Of a DNA stretch of 64,000 bases, positions 1-10,164 are shown piece after piece. Each line of letters starts with the position of its first letter. Position 1 is the stretch's first letter. The stretch spans positions 642-64,641 of the forward strand of contig JAKJDL010000008.1 in assembly GCA_022705945.1 (NCBI GenBank), written 5' to 3'. Origin of the DNA: Candidatus Omnitrophota bacterium. GTDB taxonomy: Bacteria; Omnitrophota; Omnitrophia; Omnitrophales; Aquincolibacteriaceae. Position numbers and translations under genes: made by a program. The notes under the pieces are model-generated. The model ran no database searches, was not told the DNA's origin, and saw only the letters and a list, made by a program, of their open reading frames with translations.

Positions 1-297
1 AAGCTGAAGGGCCCTCTCCTTATTAGGAGCTGGAGCCGCGTCAATAAGGGTATGGAAAGCGAATAAGTTCTTTTTCGGGGAAATCAGACTGCTTTCACTC
101 CCTTCCGGACGCCTCGGCAGCCATTTTGATGCGGACGAATCCGCCGTTGCCGTGCGGCAGATCGGAGGCTAGAATACGGCACTGTCCGGTATCAGGATCA
201 ACCTGTCCCCGATGTGTCCGATGCCGTTCATTTGAATCTGATGATTCCGGTATATTTTTGATATAATCACAATTACAACACGCGAGATGCTCCTGTT

Positions 298-1704
298 ATG
301 AAAACACTTAAAACGCCGATCATAATCGCCGCTATTTTAACCGGGGTAGCGATTTTTTTGCCCGCCCTCGGATTCACCTCGAAACAGGTTATTTCATCCG
401 TTGTTTTTTTAATGATTTTGTGCGGGACTCTTTTTTACTGGAAATTTCGGCTTGCTTTCGCCTTTACAGGCATCGCGGTGTTGCTTGGAACCAAGTTGCT
501 TGATGTGCCGCACGTGATAGAGTTCGCCGGTCTCGATATCATTTTGTTTCTTGTCGGCATGATGACGATCATCGGTTTTCTGGAAGAAAACCACTTCTTT
601 GAATATCTTGTCTCCCGGGTCGTGGATCGCGTTGGGGAGCGGCCCTATCTACTCATTTCCATATTGATGTCCATGGCTTTTTTTTCAGCGGCATTGGTTG
701 ACGAGGTCACCTCGATTTTATTCATGATGTCTACGGTTTTTCACATTACAAAGCGCTATAAAGTCAATCCCGTCCCGTTTTTACTTATGGTTGTTTTCGC
801 AACGAATATCGGAAGCAGTGCGACAGCCGTCGGGAATCCCATCGGTGTAATGATTGCCCTCCGCGCGCAGCTTACGTTTGTGGATTTTTTGAGGTGGGCG
901 GCTCCCATTTCACTGGCGTGCCTCGGGATAACAATCCTGCTGTCTTTCTTTTTGTTTAAGAAACCCATAGCGCAGCTAGAAGCGAACATGAAGAAAAAAG
1001 GTAATGAGCCGCATGAGCTTGAACGTGTTTCTTATACCAGGGCGGGTATTTACCGGAGCTGGATTCTTTTTTTAGCGACGGTAATTTGCCTTGTTTTACA
1101 CCACAGCATTGAGGAGGCGCTTCACCTCGAAAAAAACACTCTCCTGATCGGGACCGCATTATTCTTCGGGGGGATTTCTGTTTTTCTCAAGGGAAGTAAT
1201 GCGCGAGAGTTTTTCATGCGCCGTGTTGACTGGTGGACGCTCACTTTTTTTATGAGCCTGTTCGCATCCGTAGGAACGTTGAAATATGCGGGCGTCACAG
1301 AGCAGATTGCCAAGGGGATGATCCGGGCGGGCCAGGGGGGGAATTTTGTTCTTTTGAATATTTTTACGGCGGCCGTCTCGTTATTAACCGCTTTTATGGA
1401 CAATGTGCTGGCGGTAGCCACCTTCATCCCCATCCTTGCCGATATTCAAAAAATCGGGGTGTATATTTTCCCGTTTTGGTGGGCCATGCTTTTTGGCGGA
1501 ACCATGTTCGGAAACGCTACGGTAATCGGAAGTACCGCCAATATCGTTGCCGTGGGAATGCTCGAAAAGGATACCGGTGAACACATTAAATTTATGGATT
1601 GGCTAAAACCGGGCCTTGTTGTGTCTGTGGTTACCGTGGTTGTGGCCATGCTTCTGCTGTATGCCCAGTTTCACCTAATGCCCGGCGCTCCGTCAAAATT
1701 TTAA
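298..1704 (+). CDS. Polytopic anion permease, ArsB/NhaD/CitMHS-type (ion-transporter superfamily)
   Basis: 468-aa ORF, about 10-12 hydrophobic helices, and a GSSATAVGNPIGVMIA motif typical of ArsB/YbiR-like permeases. No search was run. Confidence 0.55.
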   Translation: MKTLKTPIIIAAILTGVAIFLPALGFTSKQVISSVVFLMILCGTLFYWKFRLAFAFTGIAVLLGTKLLDVPHVIEFAGLDIILFLVGMMTIIGFLEENHFFEYLVSRVVDRVGERPYLLISILMSMAFFSAALVDEVTSILFMMSTVFHITKRYKVNPVPFLLMVVFATNIGSSATAVGNPIGVMIALRAQLTFVDFLRWAAPISLACLGITILLSFFLFKKPIAQLEANMKKKGNEPHELERVSYTRAGIYRSWILFLATVICLVLHHSIEEALHLEKNTLLIGTALFFGGISVFLKGSNAREFFMRRVDWWTLTFFMSLFASVGTLKYAGVTEQIAKGMIRAGQGGNFVLLNIFTAAVSLLTAFMDNVLAVATFIPILADIQKIGVYIFPFWWAMLFGGTMFGNATVIGSTANIVAVGMLEKDTGEHIKFMDWLKPGLVVSVVTVVVAMLLLYAQFHLMPGAPSKF

Positions 1705-1879
1705 CTCCCTCAGAAGCCACCTGCCGGTTGCCCCGTGGAATTTAAAACATTTCCGGGATTTTGCTCCCGAAATTGTTCCGCGGTTTTAGGGAGCGAAAGT
1801 CGGACGGACGGGAAGCCCTGTGCGCCTGTCGCATTTTATTCCTCGCTATTTCCGCCCATTCCTTCTATACTCCCCCTCT

Positions 1880-3130
1880 ATGCATCAACATCCCGCAAGT
1901 GAACCGCCCGTCCAGGCGAGCTTCTACGGCCTCGGTATCGCTCCGCAAATGCTCGAAACCCTGACCAGGCATAATTTCAAGGTCCCGACACCCATCCAGC
2001 AGAAGGCCATCCCCATCGCCATCGCCGGGAAGGACGTTGTCGGCATCGCCCAGACCGGTACCGGTAAGACAATGGCTTTCGGTATCCCGATGATCCAGCG
2101 CCTTGCCGCGAAAGAAGGCCGGGGACTGATCCTCGTCCCGACCCGCGAGCTCGCGCTCCAGGTCCACCAGAGCCTTCATAAGCTCTCGCCGAACACGAAA
2201 TACGCCGTCCTGATCGGCGGCGCGTCGATGCACAACCAGATCCAGGAACTCCGGCGCCATCCGCGCATCATAATCGCGACGCCGGGCCGTCTGATCGATC
2301 ATATGGAACAGCGCTACGTTTTTCTGGATGAGGTGAAGATCCTCGTTCTCGACGAAGCGGACCGGATGCTCGACATGGGCTTCGCACCGCAAATCAACAT
2401 CATCCTGAAAAAGATCCCGCGCGACCGTCAGACGATGCTTTTTTCGGCCACCATGCCGGACCAGATCATGAGGATCGCGGCCCGGCACATGAAACTGCCC
2501 GTTTCGATCGAGATCGCGAAATCCGGCACCGTCGCGGAAAAGATCACGCAGGAGGTTTTCATCGTCAAGAAGGAGGCAAAACGCCAGCTCCTGCAGAAGA
2601 TCCTCGCCCAGTATCACGGAACCGTTCTCATTTTTTCGCGCACGAAGATCAACGCGTGGAAAATCACGAGGGCGATCCGCGACATGGGCCACAAGGCGGC
2701 CGAGATCCACGCGGACCGCACACTCGGCCAGCGCCGGGAGGCGCTCGACGGCTTCAAGTCCGGAAAATATCGCATTCTCGTCGCGACCGACATCGCCGCG
2801 CGCGGGATCGACGTCCGGGGGATCGAGCTGGTCATTAACTACGACCTCCCGGACGAGGCGGAGAATTATGTTCACCGGATCGGCCGCACGGGCCGGATCG
2901 GGCACAAGGGACACGCCATCTCGTTCGCGACACCCGAGCAGGGCAAGGAGGTCAAGAACATCGAGAAGCTCATGCGCATGGCGATTCCGATTTCGGAACA
3001 TCCGGAGATGCCTCTCGAAAAACTTATCGATGTCAAACCGCAGGTCGTCGCTTCCTTCTCGGGCCGCCACTTCAGCCGCGGCCGCCGCTCCCGCGGATTC
3101 ATCTCCTCCGCCTTCCGCAAATCCCGATAA
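1880..3130 (+). CDS. DEAD-box ATP-dependent RNA helicase
   Basis: Motifs AQTGTGKT (Walker A), PTRELA, DEAD (VLDEADRMLDMGF), SAT (FSATMP), HRIGRTGR and an Arg-rich C-tail. The ORF is open from 1820; the ATG at 1880 (MHQHP...) is the more plausible start. Confidence 0.85.
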   Translation: MHQHPASEPPVQASFYGLGIAPQMLETLTRHNFKVPTPIQQKAIPIAIAGKDVVGIAQTGTGKTMAFGIPMIQRLAAKEGRGLILVPTRELALQVHQSLHKLSPNTKYAVLIGGASMHNQIQELRRHPRIIIATPGRLIDHMEQRYVFLDEVKILVLDEADRMLDMGFAPQINIILKKIPRDRQTMLFSATMPDQIMRIAARHMKLPVSIEIAKSGTVAEKITQEVFIVKKEAKRQLLQKILAQYHGTVLIFSRTKINAWKITRAIRDMGHKAAEIHADRTLGQRREALDGFKSGKYRILVATDIAARGIDVRGIELVINYDLPDEAENYVHRIGRTGRIGHKGHAISFATPEQGKEVKNIEKLMRMAIPISEHPEMPLEKLIDVKPQVVASFSGRHFSRGRRSRGFISSAFRKSR

Positions 3131-3263
3131 CGGAAAGACTTGCCCAGAGGCAGAGAAGGCCTCAGGTTTCCCGGAGGATTTTTATTCTCCCTTCCCTGCC
3201 GAGATGTTACACTAACCGCCTTCCCAAAGCATTTTGACACCTGAATTGAAGGAGGACATTCTG

Positions 3264-4013
3264 ATGTATAAACTCGTTTTGATCCGTCACGGCGAAAGCA
3301 CTTGGAACAAAGAGAACCGGTTCACCGGCTGGACCGACGTTGACCTCTCCGAAAAAGGTCTCGGGGAGGCCAAGGAGGGCGGCGCGCTGCTCAAAAAAGA
3401 AGGCTACACTTTTGATATCGCTTACACGTCCGTCCTGAAACGCGCGATCCGGACCCTCTGGAACGTGCTCGACCGGATGGACCTCATGTGGATCCCGGTC
3501 GTCCGCGACTGGCGTCTCAATGAGCGCCATTACGGAGCGCTCCAGGGCCTCAACAAATCCGAAACGGCCGCGAAATACGGCGAAGCCCAGGTCAAGATCT
3601 GGCGCCGGAGCTACGACACCCCGCCGCCCGCGCTCGAAGCGAACGATCCCCGGTCCCCGGCTTTCGACCCGCGCTACAAAAACCTCAAAGCAAATGAATG
3701 CCCCCTCACGGAATGCCTGAAGGACACCGTCGCGCGCGTAATCCCTTTCTGGAACGACACGATCGCTCCGGCCATCAAGTCGGGCAAGAAAGTCCTCGTC
3801 GCGGCGCACGGCAACAGCCTGCGGGCCATGGTGAAGTTTCTCGATAACATCCCGGAAAGCGAGATCGTCGAGCTCAACATCCCGACCGGTATGCCGCTCG
3901 TCTACGAGCTCGACAAAGACCTGAAGCCGATCAGGCACTACTACCTCGGTGATCCGGAAAAGGTCAAGGCGGCAATGGAAGCCGTCGCGAACCAGGGCAA
4001 GGCGAAAAAGTAA
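3264..4013 (+). CDS. gpmA: 2,3-bisphosphoglycerate-dependent phosphoglycerate mutase
   Basis: N-terminus [28 protein letters not shown] with catalytic His in RHGES. GGAGGA RBS 8 nt upstream of the 3264 ATG. About 250 aa, typical for GpmA. Confidence 0.9.
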   Translation: MYKLVLIRHGESTWNKENRFTGWTDVDLSEKGLGEAKEGGALLKKEGYTFDIAYTSVLKRAIRTLWNVLDRMDLMWIPVVRDWRLNERHYGALQGLNKSETAAKYGEAQVKIWRRSYDTPPPALEANDPRSPAFDPRYKNLKANECPLTECLKDTVARVIPFWNDTIAPAIKSGKKVLVAAHGNSLRAMVKFLDNIPESEIVELNIPTGMPLVYELDKDLKPIRHYYLGDPEKVKAAMEAVANQGKAKK

Positions 4014-4033
4014 CCCGGGTCTCGCGATCTGTT

Positions 4034-4090
4034 AAAGCGGGACGCCCGGGCAAGTACCGGGAGAAAAGTCCCGAGTCTCTTTTTTTTAGG
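4034..4090 (+). terminator. Candidate rho-independent terminator after gpmA
   Basis: GC stem cgggac...gtcccg followed by the T-run tctcttttttttt, about 20-70 nt after the gpmA stop. Confidence 0.4.
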
Positions 4091-4275
4091 AGAAATTGTA
4101 CCGGTCTTCCGACGGAGATCATAAGCGCGACGGGCAAATTCTCTAGCCGGTTCCTTGACAATCCTCCGGATAAAACGGCTGTTTTTGCGGTGAGATTTAT
4201 TTTCTGACTTGCGGTTGTTTTTCTGCTGACCAAACAGGACTTCCTGCTTCCGGAGATTCCGAAGCCCTCCGTGCC

Positions 4276-5421
4276 CTAACGGATCCCGGGCGTTTCCGTC
4301 TTTTGAAGCAGGAATCCGAAAACATCCTCCGGGAGAAACTTTCCCTTGGCTGTGAGCCGGATCGCGTCGCCGGCGCTCTCCAAAAAACCGGTCTCAAGAA
4401 GCTCGCGGACCCGTTCCCCGATTCTGGGATAAAGAGCCGGAAAATCGGCCGGAATGACCCCGCCGCTTAGTCTGAGCCGCATCGCAAAACTTTCGGTCTC
4501 TTTTTCCTCATCGGTTAAAACGTCTTCGATATCGTTCGTCCAGTCCCCCGCCTCGCATTTCCGGAAATAATTCTTCATGTCGCGCGCAAACTGGCAGCGG
4601 ACACCATTCAGATAGGAAAAAGAGCCGGGTCCGAGACCGAGGTATTCCCCGTTACGCCAGTAGATCAGGTTGTGTTTCGACGCGAATCCCGGTTTCGCGA
4701 AATTCGAGATTTCGTAATGCTCGTATCCGGCGCTTTCCAGCAGGCTGATCGCTGTCCCATACATCGCCGCATGGACATGTTCGGCGGGAAGATCGAGCCT
4801 GTTCTGATTTTTGAGTTCCCCGAAAACCGTTTCTTCATGGACCTCGAGGTCGTAAAGCGAAACTTGAGACACCTCAAGCTCGACCGCGCGGGCGATCGAA
4901 TTCCGGAAGTCTTCGTGCGTCTGGCCCGGAATCCGCAGCATGAGATCCAGGCTGATGTTCGAGATCCCGGCGCGGCGGATCTTGTCCAGGGTGACGATCG
5001 TGTCGTGCGCGCGATGACGCCGTCCGAGCCGTTCGAGCAGGCAATCTTCAAAGGACTGCGCCCCCAGGCTGACCCGGTTCACGCCAAGCACCCGGAAAAG
5101 ATCAAGCTTCTCGTCGTCCCCGTCCCCGGGGTTCCATTCGAAGGTGATCTCGGCAACGGTGCCGATCTCAAATGCATCGCGGACTCTATTGATGAGGCGG
5201 GTGATTTCTCCGACGGTCAGAAATGACGGAGTGCCGCCGCCAAGATAGAGGGAGTCGAATGCAAGCCTGCCGTATTTTTTATGGGCATGATCAATCTCGT
5301 TGAAGAGGCATTCGAAAAAACCCTTCCGCACCTCCGGTGCCGGATCCGGAATCGAAATGAAATTGCAATAGCGGCATCGTCCGCGGCAGAACGGAATGTG
5401 GATATAAAGCCCTTTAGTCAT
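4276..5421 (-). CDS. hemW: Radical-SAM heme chaperone HemW / oxygen-independent coproporphyrinogen-III oxidase-like
   Basis: CRGRCRYCNF (CxxxCxxC radical-SAM cluster motif) near the N-terminus, HemN-like length. The likely start is MTKGLYIHIPFC at 5421 rather than the ORF-track start at 5466. Confidence 0.8.
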   Translation of the reverse strand: MTKGLYIHIPFCRGRCRYCNFISIPDPAPEVRKGFFECLFNEIDHAHKKYGRLAFDSLYLGGGTPSFLTVGEITRLINRVRDAFEIGTVAEITFEWNPGDGDDEKLDLFRVLGVNRVSLGAQSFEDCLLERLGRRHRAHDTIVTLDKIRRAGISNISLDLMLRIPGQTHEDFRNSIARAVELEVSQVSLYDLEVHEETVFGELKNQNRLDLPAEHVHAAMYGTAISLLESAGYEHYEISNFAKPGFASKHNLIYWRNGEYLGLGPGSFSYLNGVRCQFARDMKNYFRKCEAGDWTNDIEDVLTDEEKETESFAMRLRLSGGVIPADFPALYPRIGERVRELLETGFLESAGDAIRLTAKGKFLPEDVFGFLLQKTETPGIR

Positions 5422-5544
5422 GGGAAGATTATACTCCCGATGTCGGTCACAAAACCACAACGGCACAAGGCCGCAAGGGCGACGTCCGGCGGGAAATGGG
5501 CTGGTTTTTTCCGTCGGTCCCGGTAATCGGTTTCGGAACCCCTT

Positions 5545-6441
5545 CTATTTTAAGGGGAGTTTATCGAGGGCGAGAAAGATCCCTTCGAGGATTGCTTCCG
5601 GCCGCGGCGGACATCCCGGCACGTAAACGTCTACCGGCACGCAGCGGTCCACACCGCCCGTTACCGCGTAATTTTCATTAAAGATTCCGCCCCCCACGGC
5701 GCAGCTCCCGCATGCCACAACCAGCTTCGGAGAAGGTGCGGCTTCGTAAGTTTTCACAAGCGCGAGTTCCATCTGCCGCGTCACCGGACCTGTCACAAGA
5801 AGCATGTCCGCATGCCTCGGGGAAGCGACGAAGTGTACTCCGAACCGCTCCGCGTCATAGAAAGGATTGGAAAGGTTCACGGCCTCCACCTCGCATCCGT
5901 TGCAGGACCCCGCGTCAACCTCCCGGATATGAAGCGAACGCCCGAAGAGGTGCCGGATCCTATCCTTGAGTTTGCGTCCGATGTCCTCAACCGAAAGATG
6001 TCCCGCAAAATCTCCCCCGGAAAAATCCCGGTCGTTTTCCGCCGGAGTTTTTACGGGCAATGCGTCCCCGGAAATAAAGAGCTTGTCCTTCCGGCACTCC
6101 TGCAGAGGAAAAAGAAGGTCTTGCCGCAGTTCTTTTTTTGTCCGCGCCGCGAATTTGAATTTCCCGTTAAAAGAGATCGCTTGATGGGGGCAAGCCGGCC
6201 CGCAGAGCGCACAGAAGATGCAGTCGCCGTAAGAAACGCGGAAGGTTCGCCCGGTTCCGTCTTTGTCGATCATCGCGAGGGCGCTTGACGGACAGGCCGC
6301 GACACATTGCCCGCAGCCCGTGCATTTGGCCGGATCAATCACGGGTGCTCCCGAAAATCCTCCGGGTGCCTCCGCGGCTTGCGGCGCATAAGGGATCGTT
6401 ACTTTGCCTGTTTTTATATTTTTCTTAAGGATTCTGAACAT
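5545..6441 (-). CDS. Fused 2x[4Fe-4S] ferredoxin (HycF/NuoI-like) plus NuoB/hydrogenase small-subunit-like (HycG-like) protein
   Basis: N-terminal half: CTGCGQCVAACP and CIFCALCGPACP ferredoxin motifs. C-terminal half: GSCNGC...ACGSCAVGGG...VPGCPPRPEAILEG, the NuoB/HycG cluster-binding motifs. Confidence 0.75.
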   Translation of the reverse strand: MFRILKKNIKTGKVTIPYAPQAAEAPGGFSGAPVIDPAKCTGCGQCVAACPSSALAMIDKDGTGRTFRVSYGDCIFCALCGPACPHQAISFNGKFKFAARTKKELRQDLLFPLQECRKDKLFISGDALPVKTPAENDRDFSGGDFAGHLSVEDIGRKLKDRIRHLFGRSLHIREVDAGSCNGCEVEAVNLSNPFYDAERFGVHFVASPRHADMLLVTGPVTRQMELALVKTYEAAPSPKLVVACGSCAVGGGIFNENYAVTGGVDRCVPVDVYVPGCPPRPEAILEGIFLALDKLPLK

Positions 6442-6450
6442 GTTTTGTCC

Positions 6451-8028
6451 TCAACGATCATTCCCGGAATACGACAGGTTCATGCTTTTATTGATGAGCG
6501 GAAAATCCGGGATGATATTCTCGAGTACCGCGTACTCGATCAGCGGCCAGTTCGCGAAAGACGGCGACTGGACCTTCCAGCGGACGATATTTCCGTCTCT
6601 GCCCGTTTCAACCCAGTGAAAACATTCGCCGCGAGGCGATTCCGTATAGCCCAGAGCGCTCCGAAACGGCCGGAAAGGCTTCGGAGCTCCGCACAAAGGA
6701 CCCGCCGGCATTGTCTGAAGGGCGTCATGGATCAACCTGAAGGATTCACAGACTTCCCGGACTTTCACTTTCATGCGGCTTTCGACATCGCCGTCGGTAA
6801 AAACCGGCACCCTGAATAAAAGATCCTTATACGCGGCGTAGGGGTGTTCGCGCCGCATGTCCCGGTCCACGCCGGACGCTCTCGCAATCGGCCCCACCCC
6901 TCCCAGGGCCTCGACCACTTCCTTTTTGAGTGCTCCCGTAATCTCGATTCTGTCCATGAGAGAATCCATCTGCCAAAGAATCCGGATCGTTTCGTCGAAA
7001 TCTTCCTTGATCTTCCCAATCTCGCCGAGAAGCCATTCTTTTTGTTCCTCCGTGATATCGCGGCGGACGCCGCCCAAAGCGGCCACGGACCGCAAAAGCC
7101 GTGTCCCCGTCAGCCGTTCGTTCGCACGCAAAAGGGTTTCTTTCAGGCGCATGAGCTGGCTCGCGCCGAAACTGAACGCGACATCCAGAGAAATCCCCGC
7201 AATATCGCTCATGTGATTATGAATCCGTTCCATTTCAAGGAAAATAACGCGGAGAAACCGGGCCCGAGGAGGAACCTCGATCTCTCCGAGGTTTTCGAGA
7301 GCCTGCGCGCACGCGACGGCGTGGGCCAGGGAGTTGTCCCCCGAGATCCTCTCGGCAAGACAAAGAAGATGGTCCGGTTTTTTCCCTTCACCCGCTTTTT
7401 CCGTGCCTTTGTGCGTGTAAAAATGCCGGATCTCAAGCTTGAGAATGCTTTCTCCGGCGCAGGAAAACCGGAAATGTCCCGGCTCGATGATGCCGGCGTG
7501 GACCGGTCCTACGGGGATCTCGAAGATCCCTTCCCCCTCGACGCGCTCAAAAATATAATCTCCAGCGACCCTGGGGATCTTCTGACGACCGTCGAAATCC
7601 TTTCTTAACGGAAAAATCCCCGGGGGCCAATCCTCGTGAAGCACAAGCCGCCTTGGATCCGGATGGCCCGCGGCGACAAGGCCCAGCATATCCTGGACTT
7701 CCCGCTCCTGCCAGTTCGCCTGCGGCAGGAAACGGCTCAGGGACGGGAACCGGGGATCTTTTTCTTCGACCCTCGTTTGCACGATCAGGAACCGGTCCTC
7801 ATGAGCGAAGGAAAAAACATAGTAAAGACTGAAAAACCCGTTTTCTTTTCTCGTGTCGGAACCGGAAAGAAAAAGGAAGCGCATTGCGAAAGTCCCGATA
7901 AGGAACTCCGCGACCCTCACGATCGAATCTTTGGCGACAAGCACATGCCATTGCCTCGCGGATTCTTCCCAATGCTTTTGGACCACACCGCCAAACTTTT
8001 CTTTTAACATTTCCGGGACCGGCTTCAT
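6451..8028 (-). CDS. NuoC-NuoD fusion / group-4 hydrogenase large-subunit homolog (HycE-like) lacking the [NiFe]-binding cysteines
   Basis: N-terminal NuoC-like region (MKPVPEMLKEKFGG...), then a NuoD/HycE-like core (GPVHAGIIEPGHFRF...ERISGDNSLAHA...). The start ATG at 8028 overlaps the upstream stop (ATGA). The C-terminus NLSYSGNDR replaces the DPCxSCTDR nickel site. The N-terminal RxCGxC site reads FRFSCAGES. Confidence 0.8.
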   Translation of the reverse strand: MKPVPEMLKEKFGGVVQKHWEESARQWHVLVAKDSIVRVAEFLIGTFAMRFLFLSGSDTRKENGFFSLYYVFSFAHEDRFLIVQTRVEEKDPRFPSLSRFLPQANWQEREVQDMLGLVAAGHPDPRRLVLHEDWPPGIFPLRKDFDGRQKIPRVAGDYIFERVEGEGIFEIPVGPVHAGIIEPGHFRFSCAGESILKLEIRHFYTHKGTEKAGEGKKPDHLLCLAERISGDNSLAHAVACAQALENLGEIEVPPRARFLRVIFLEMERIHNHMSDIAGISLDVAFSFGASQLMRLKETLLRANERLTGTRLLRSVAALGGVRRDITEEQKEWLLGEIGKIKEDFDETIRILWQMDSLMDRIEITGALKKEVVEALGGVGPIARASGVDRDMRREHPYAAYKDLLFRVPVFTDGDVESRMKVKVREVCESFRLIHDALQTMPAGPLCGAPKPFRPFRSALGYTESPRGECFHWVETGRDGNIVRWKVQSPSFANWPLIEYAVLENIIPDFPLINKSMNLSYSGNDR

Positions 8029-9500
8029 GAGATCGGACCTCCGCCGGCCACGCGGCTTGCCTGCTGAAGCAACTGCTGGAACGGACCCGGGACATAAAAA
8101 CCGGTCACCAGGATCACGATGAGACCCGCCACCAGAACGCTGTCCATGAGGAGACTTTTTTTGAGGACGGCCGGATTTTCGGGAACACCCAGCGTCATCT
8201 GGCTCGCGTGTTTCAGGAAACCGATAAAAACAAGCGAGAGCAGGATAAGGAGCAGGGCGCACGCAACGAATTTTTTCGCCGAAAATCCGGCGGCCAGGAT
8301 AAGGAATTCACTGACAAAAATGCTGAAAGGCGGCATCCCCGCGATGGCCAGGGCCCCGAGAAAGAAGACGATACCCAGGAGCGCCCTCTTCCGGAAAACG
8401 CCCCTCACCTTTTCGATCTCCTTGGTCTGAAAAAGGTAAAGCAGGTGGCCGGAACTGAAAAAGAGCAGTGATTTTGTGAACGCGTGGTTCACGATGTGAA
8501 GGAGCGCGCCGTAAATCCCGAGCGCGCCGCCGAATCCCAATCCCACGGCCGCGAGCCCCATATGCTCGACACTCGAATACGCCAGGAGGCGTTTGTAGTC
8601 CTTCTGCTCAAGGATGAAAGGCACGGACACGGCCACCGAAAGCACTCCGAAGAAGACAAGGAGCGTGCCGGAGAACGAGGAGCCGGTGGCGGCGCTGGTC
8701 AGGATGTGGAACCTCAGGATCCCGAGGGTCGCACAGCTCAAAAGTACGCCGGAAAGGAGCGCGCTCACCGGGGCCGGCGCCTGGCTGTGCGCGTCCGGAA
8801 GCCAGGAATGGAACGGCGCGAGACCGGCCTTGGTGCCGTATCCCACGAGGATGAAAATGAAGGCAAGCCGGAGGACCCGCGGGTCCAGCTGACCGGCCCT
8901 GCTTAAAAGAAAGGTCCAATCGAGCAGCAACTCGCCTTCTCCCGCAGCGGCCTGCGCGATGGCGGAATAATAGACCAGGATGATCCCGAAAAGCGCGAGC
9001 GCGATCCCCACACTGCAAAGGATCAGATATTTCCACGCGGCTTCAATCGAGCTTCTCTTGTCATCCACGTTAACCAGGAACGCGGAAGCGAGCGTCGTTC
9101 CCTCGATCGCGATCCACATGATACCGAGGTTGTTGGAAAGAACGGTCAAAAGCATGGTGAAAAGAAAAAGGTGGAAAAAAAAGGCATACCGGCGGATCTT
9201 CGCGGGAGAAAGCACGGCGTCCTCCTTCCCGAAAATATATCCTCCCGCGTAAGCGGCCGAAAGCACGCCGACGCTCGTGATCAGCAACACAAAGACCGCG
9301 GACAAGGCATCCATCATGAGGTTCTTGCCGAACGCGAACACGCATTCCGGCCGATCGGGCGCAAACACAAAGAACCACGCCCCTACCGCGGAAAGCGCGG
9401 CGCCGGCCATGAACACAAGGCGCGTGATCCTTTTGGGACACGGAACCAGGCAGAGGAACGCAAAAACCAGCGGTGCCCAAAGCACCTTATCGATCGTCAT
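8025..9500 (-). CDS. Proton-pumping antiporter-like membrane subunit, NuoM/NuoN/HyfD-F family
   Basis: 491 aa and 13-14 predicted TM helices, with conserved antiporter-type stretches (WLPDAHSQAPAPVSALL). Part of the ATGA-coupled operon. Confidence 0.75.
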   Translation of the reverse strand: MTIDKVLWAPLVFAFLCLVPCPKRITRLVFMAGAALSAVGAWFFVFAPDRPECVFAFGKNLMMDALSAVFVLLITSVGVLSAAYAGGYIFGKEDAVLSPAKIRRYAFFFHLFLFTMLLTVLSNNLGIMWIAIEGTTLASAFLVNVDDKRSSIEAAWKYLILCSVGIALALFGIILVYYSAIAQAAAGEGELLLDWTFLLSRAGQLDPRVLRLAFIFILVGYGTKAGLAPFHSWLPDAHSQAPAPVSALLSGVLLSCATLGILRFHILTSAATGSSFSGTLLVFFGVLSVAVSVPFILEQKDYKRLLAYSSVEHMGLAAVGLGFGGALGIYGALLHIVNHAFTKSLLFFSSGHLLYLFQTKEIEKVRGVFRKRALLGIVFFLGALAIAGMPPFSIFVSEFLILAAGFSAKKFVACALLLILLSLVFIGFLKHASQMTLGVPENPAVLKKSLLMDSVLVAGLIVILVTGFYVPGPFQQLLQQASRVAGGGPIS

Positions 9501-9504
9501 CTCG

Positions 9505-10164
9505 TCATCCTTTTAAAGCGGTCATGTCATCCACGTTGATACTCTCGAAAGCGCCGCGGATCTTGAAAACAAAGATACCCATGATCAGCCCGGCGACCAG
9601 CACGTCAAAAAAGATCCCTATCTCGACCAGGAGCGGCATGCCAAAGGTCATCGTAACACCCATCAAAAAAAGACCGTTCTCGATCAGGAGCAGGCCGAGG
9701 ACTTGACTGATCGCCTTTTTTCGCGTCGTCATCATCAGCATACCGAAAAAAACGGTCGAGACCGCGAGGGGGATAAACTCGCCCAATGAGACCGGGTTCA
9801 GGATCTTGCCTTCCCTCGTCACATAGAACGAAACAAATACGAGCAGCACGGCCAGAAGGAGCGAGAACGGGATATTGATGTAGCTTTCGATCTCCTTGCG
9901 GATACCGAGCCGCAGAATGATCCGGAAAAAGACGTGCGGGATCACGATTGTTTTCAGAACAAGCGTCAGAACGGCCGAGACCATCAGGTGTTCGACGTGG
10001 TTTGTGGACGCAATCACGGCCGTAATCGCCGCGAGAAAGAACGAGTGGGTCGCATAAGCGCGTATGCACGCCCCGATCTGCGGGGACGCCAGCATCCAAA
10101 AGGAAGCGATCACGAGCATCATGCCGAGAAAATGTGTCAGTGAAACCGCGATGCTGTCGGTCAT
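9505..10164 (-). CDS. Small membrane subunit of hydrogenase-4/FHL-like complex (HyfE-like)
   Basis: 219-aa hydrophobic protein starting MTDSIAVSL. Its ATG at 10162-10164 overlaps the stop of the upstream gene. The longer ORF-track version (to 10905) is a frame artefact overlapping the neighbouring gene. Confidence 0.55.
   Translation of the reverse strand: MTDSIAVSLTHFLGMMLVIASFWMLASPQIGACIRAYATHSFFLAAITAVIASTNHVEHLMVSAVLTLVLKTIVIPHVFFRIILRLGIRKEIESYINIPFSLLLAVLLVFVSFYVTREGKILNPVSLGEFIPLAVSTVFFGMLMMTTRKKAISQVLGLLLIENGLFLMGVTMTFGMPLLVEIGIFFDVLVAGLIMGIFVFKIRGAFESINVDDMTALKG

Noticed and set aside
1865-3070. 401-aa minus-strand ORF antisense to the DEAD-box helicase
   Set aside because: The opposite-strand frame has all helicase motifs in order. 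This ORF has no motifs and an Arg/Asp-rich composition typical of a shadow frame.
6844-7608. 254-aa plus-strand ORF antisense to the hydrogenase large-subunit homolog
   Set aside because: Shadow frame inside a gene with clear NuoD/HycE homology. No motifs.
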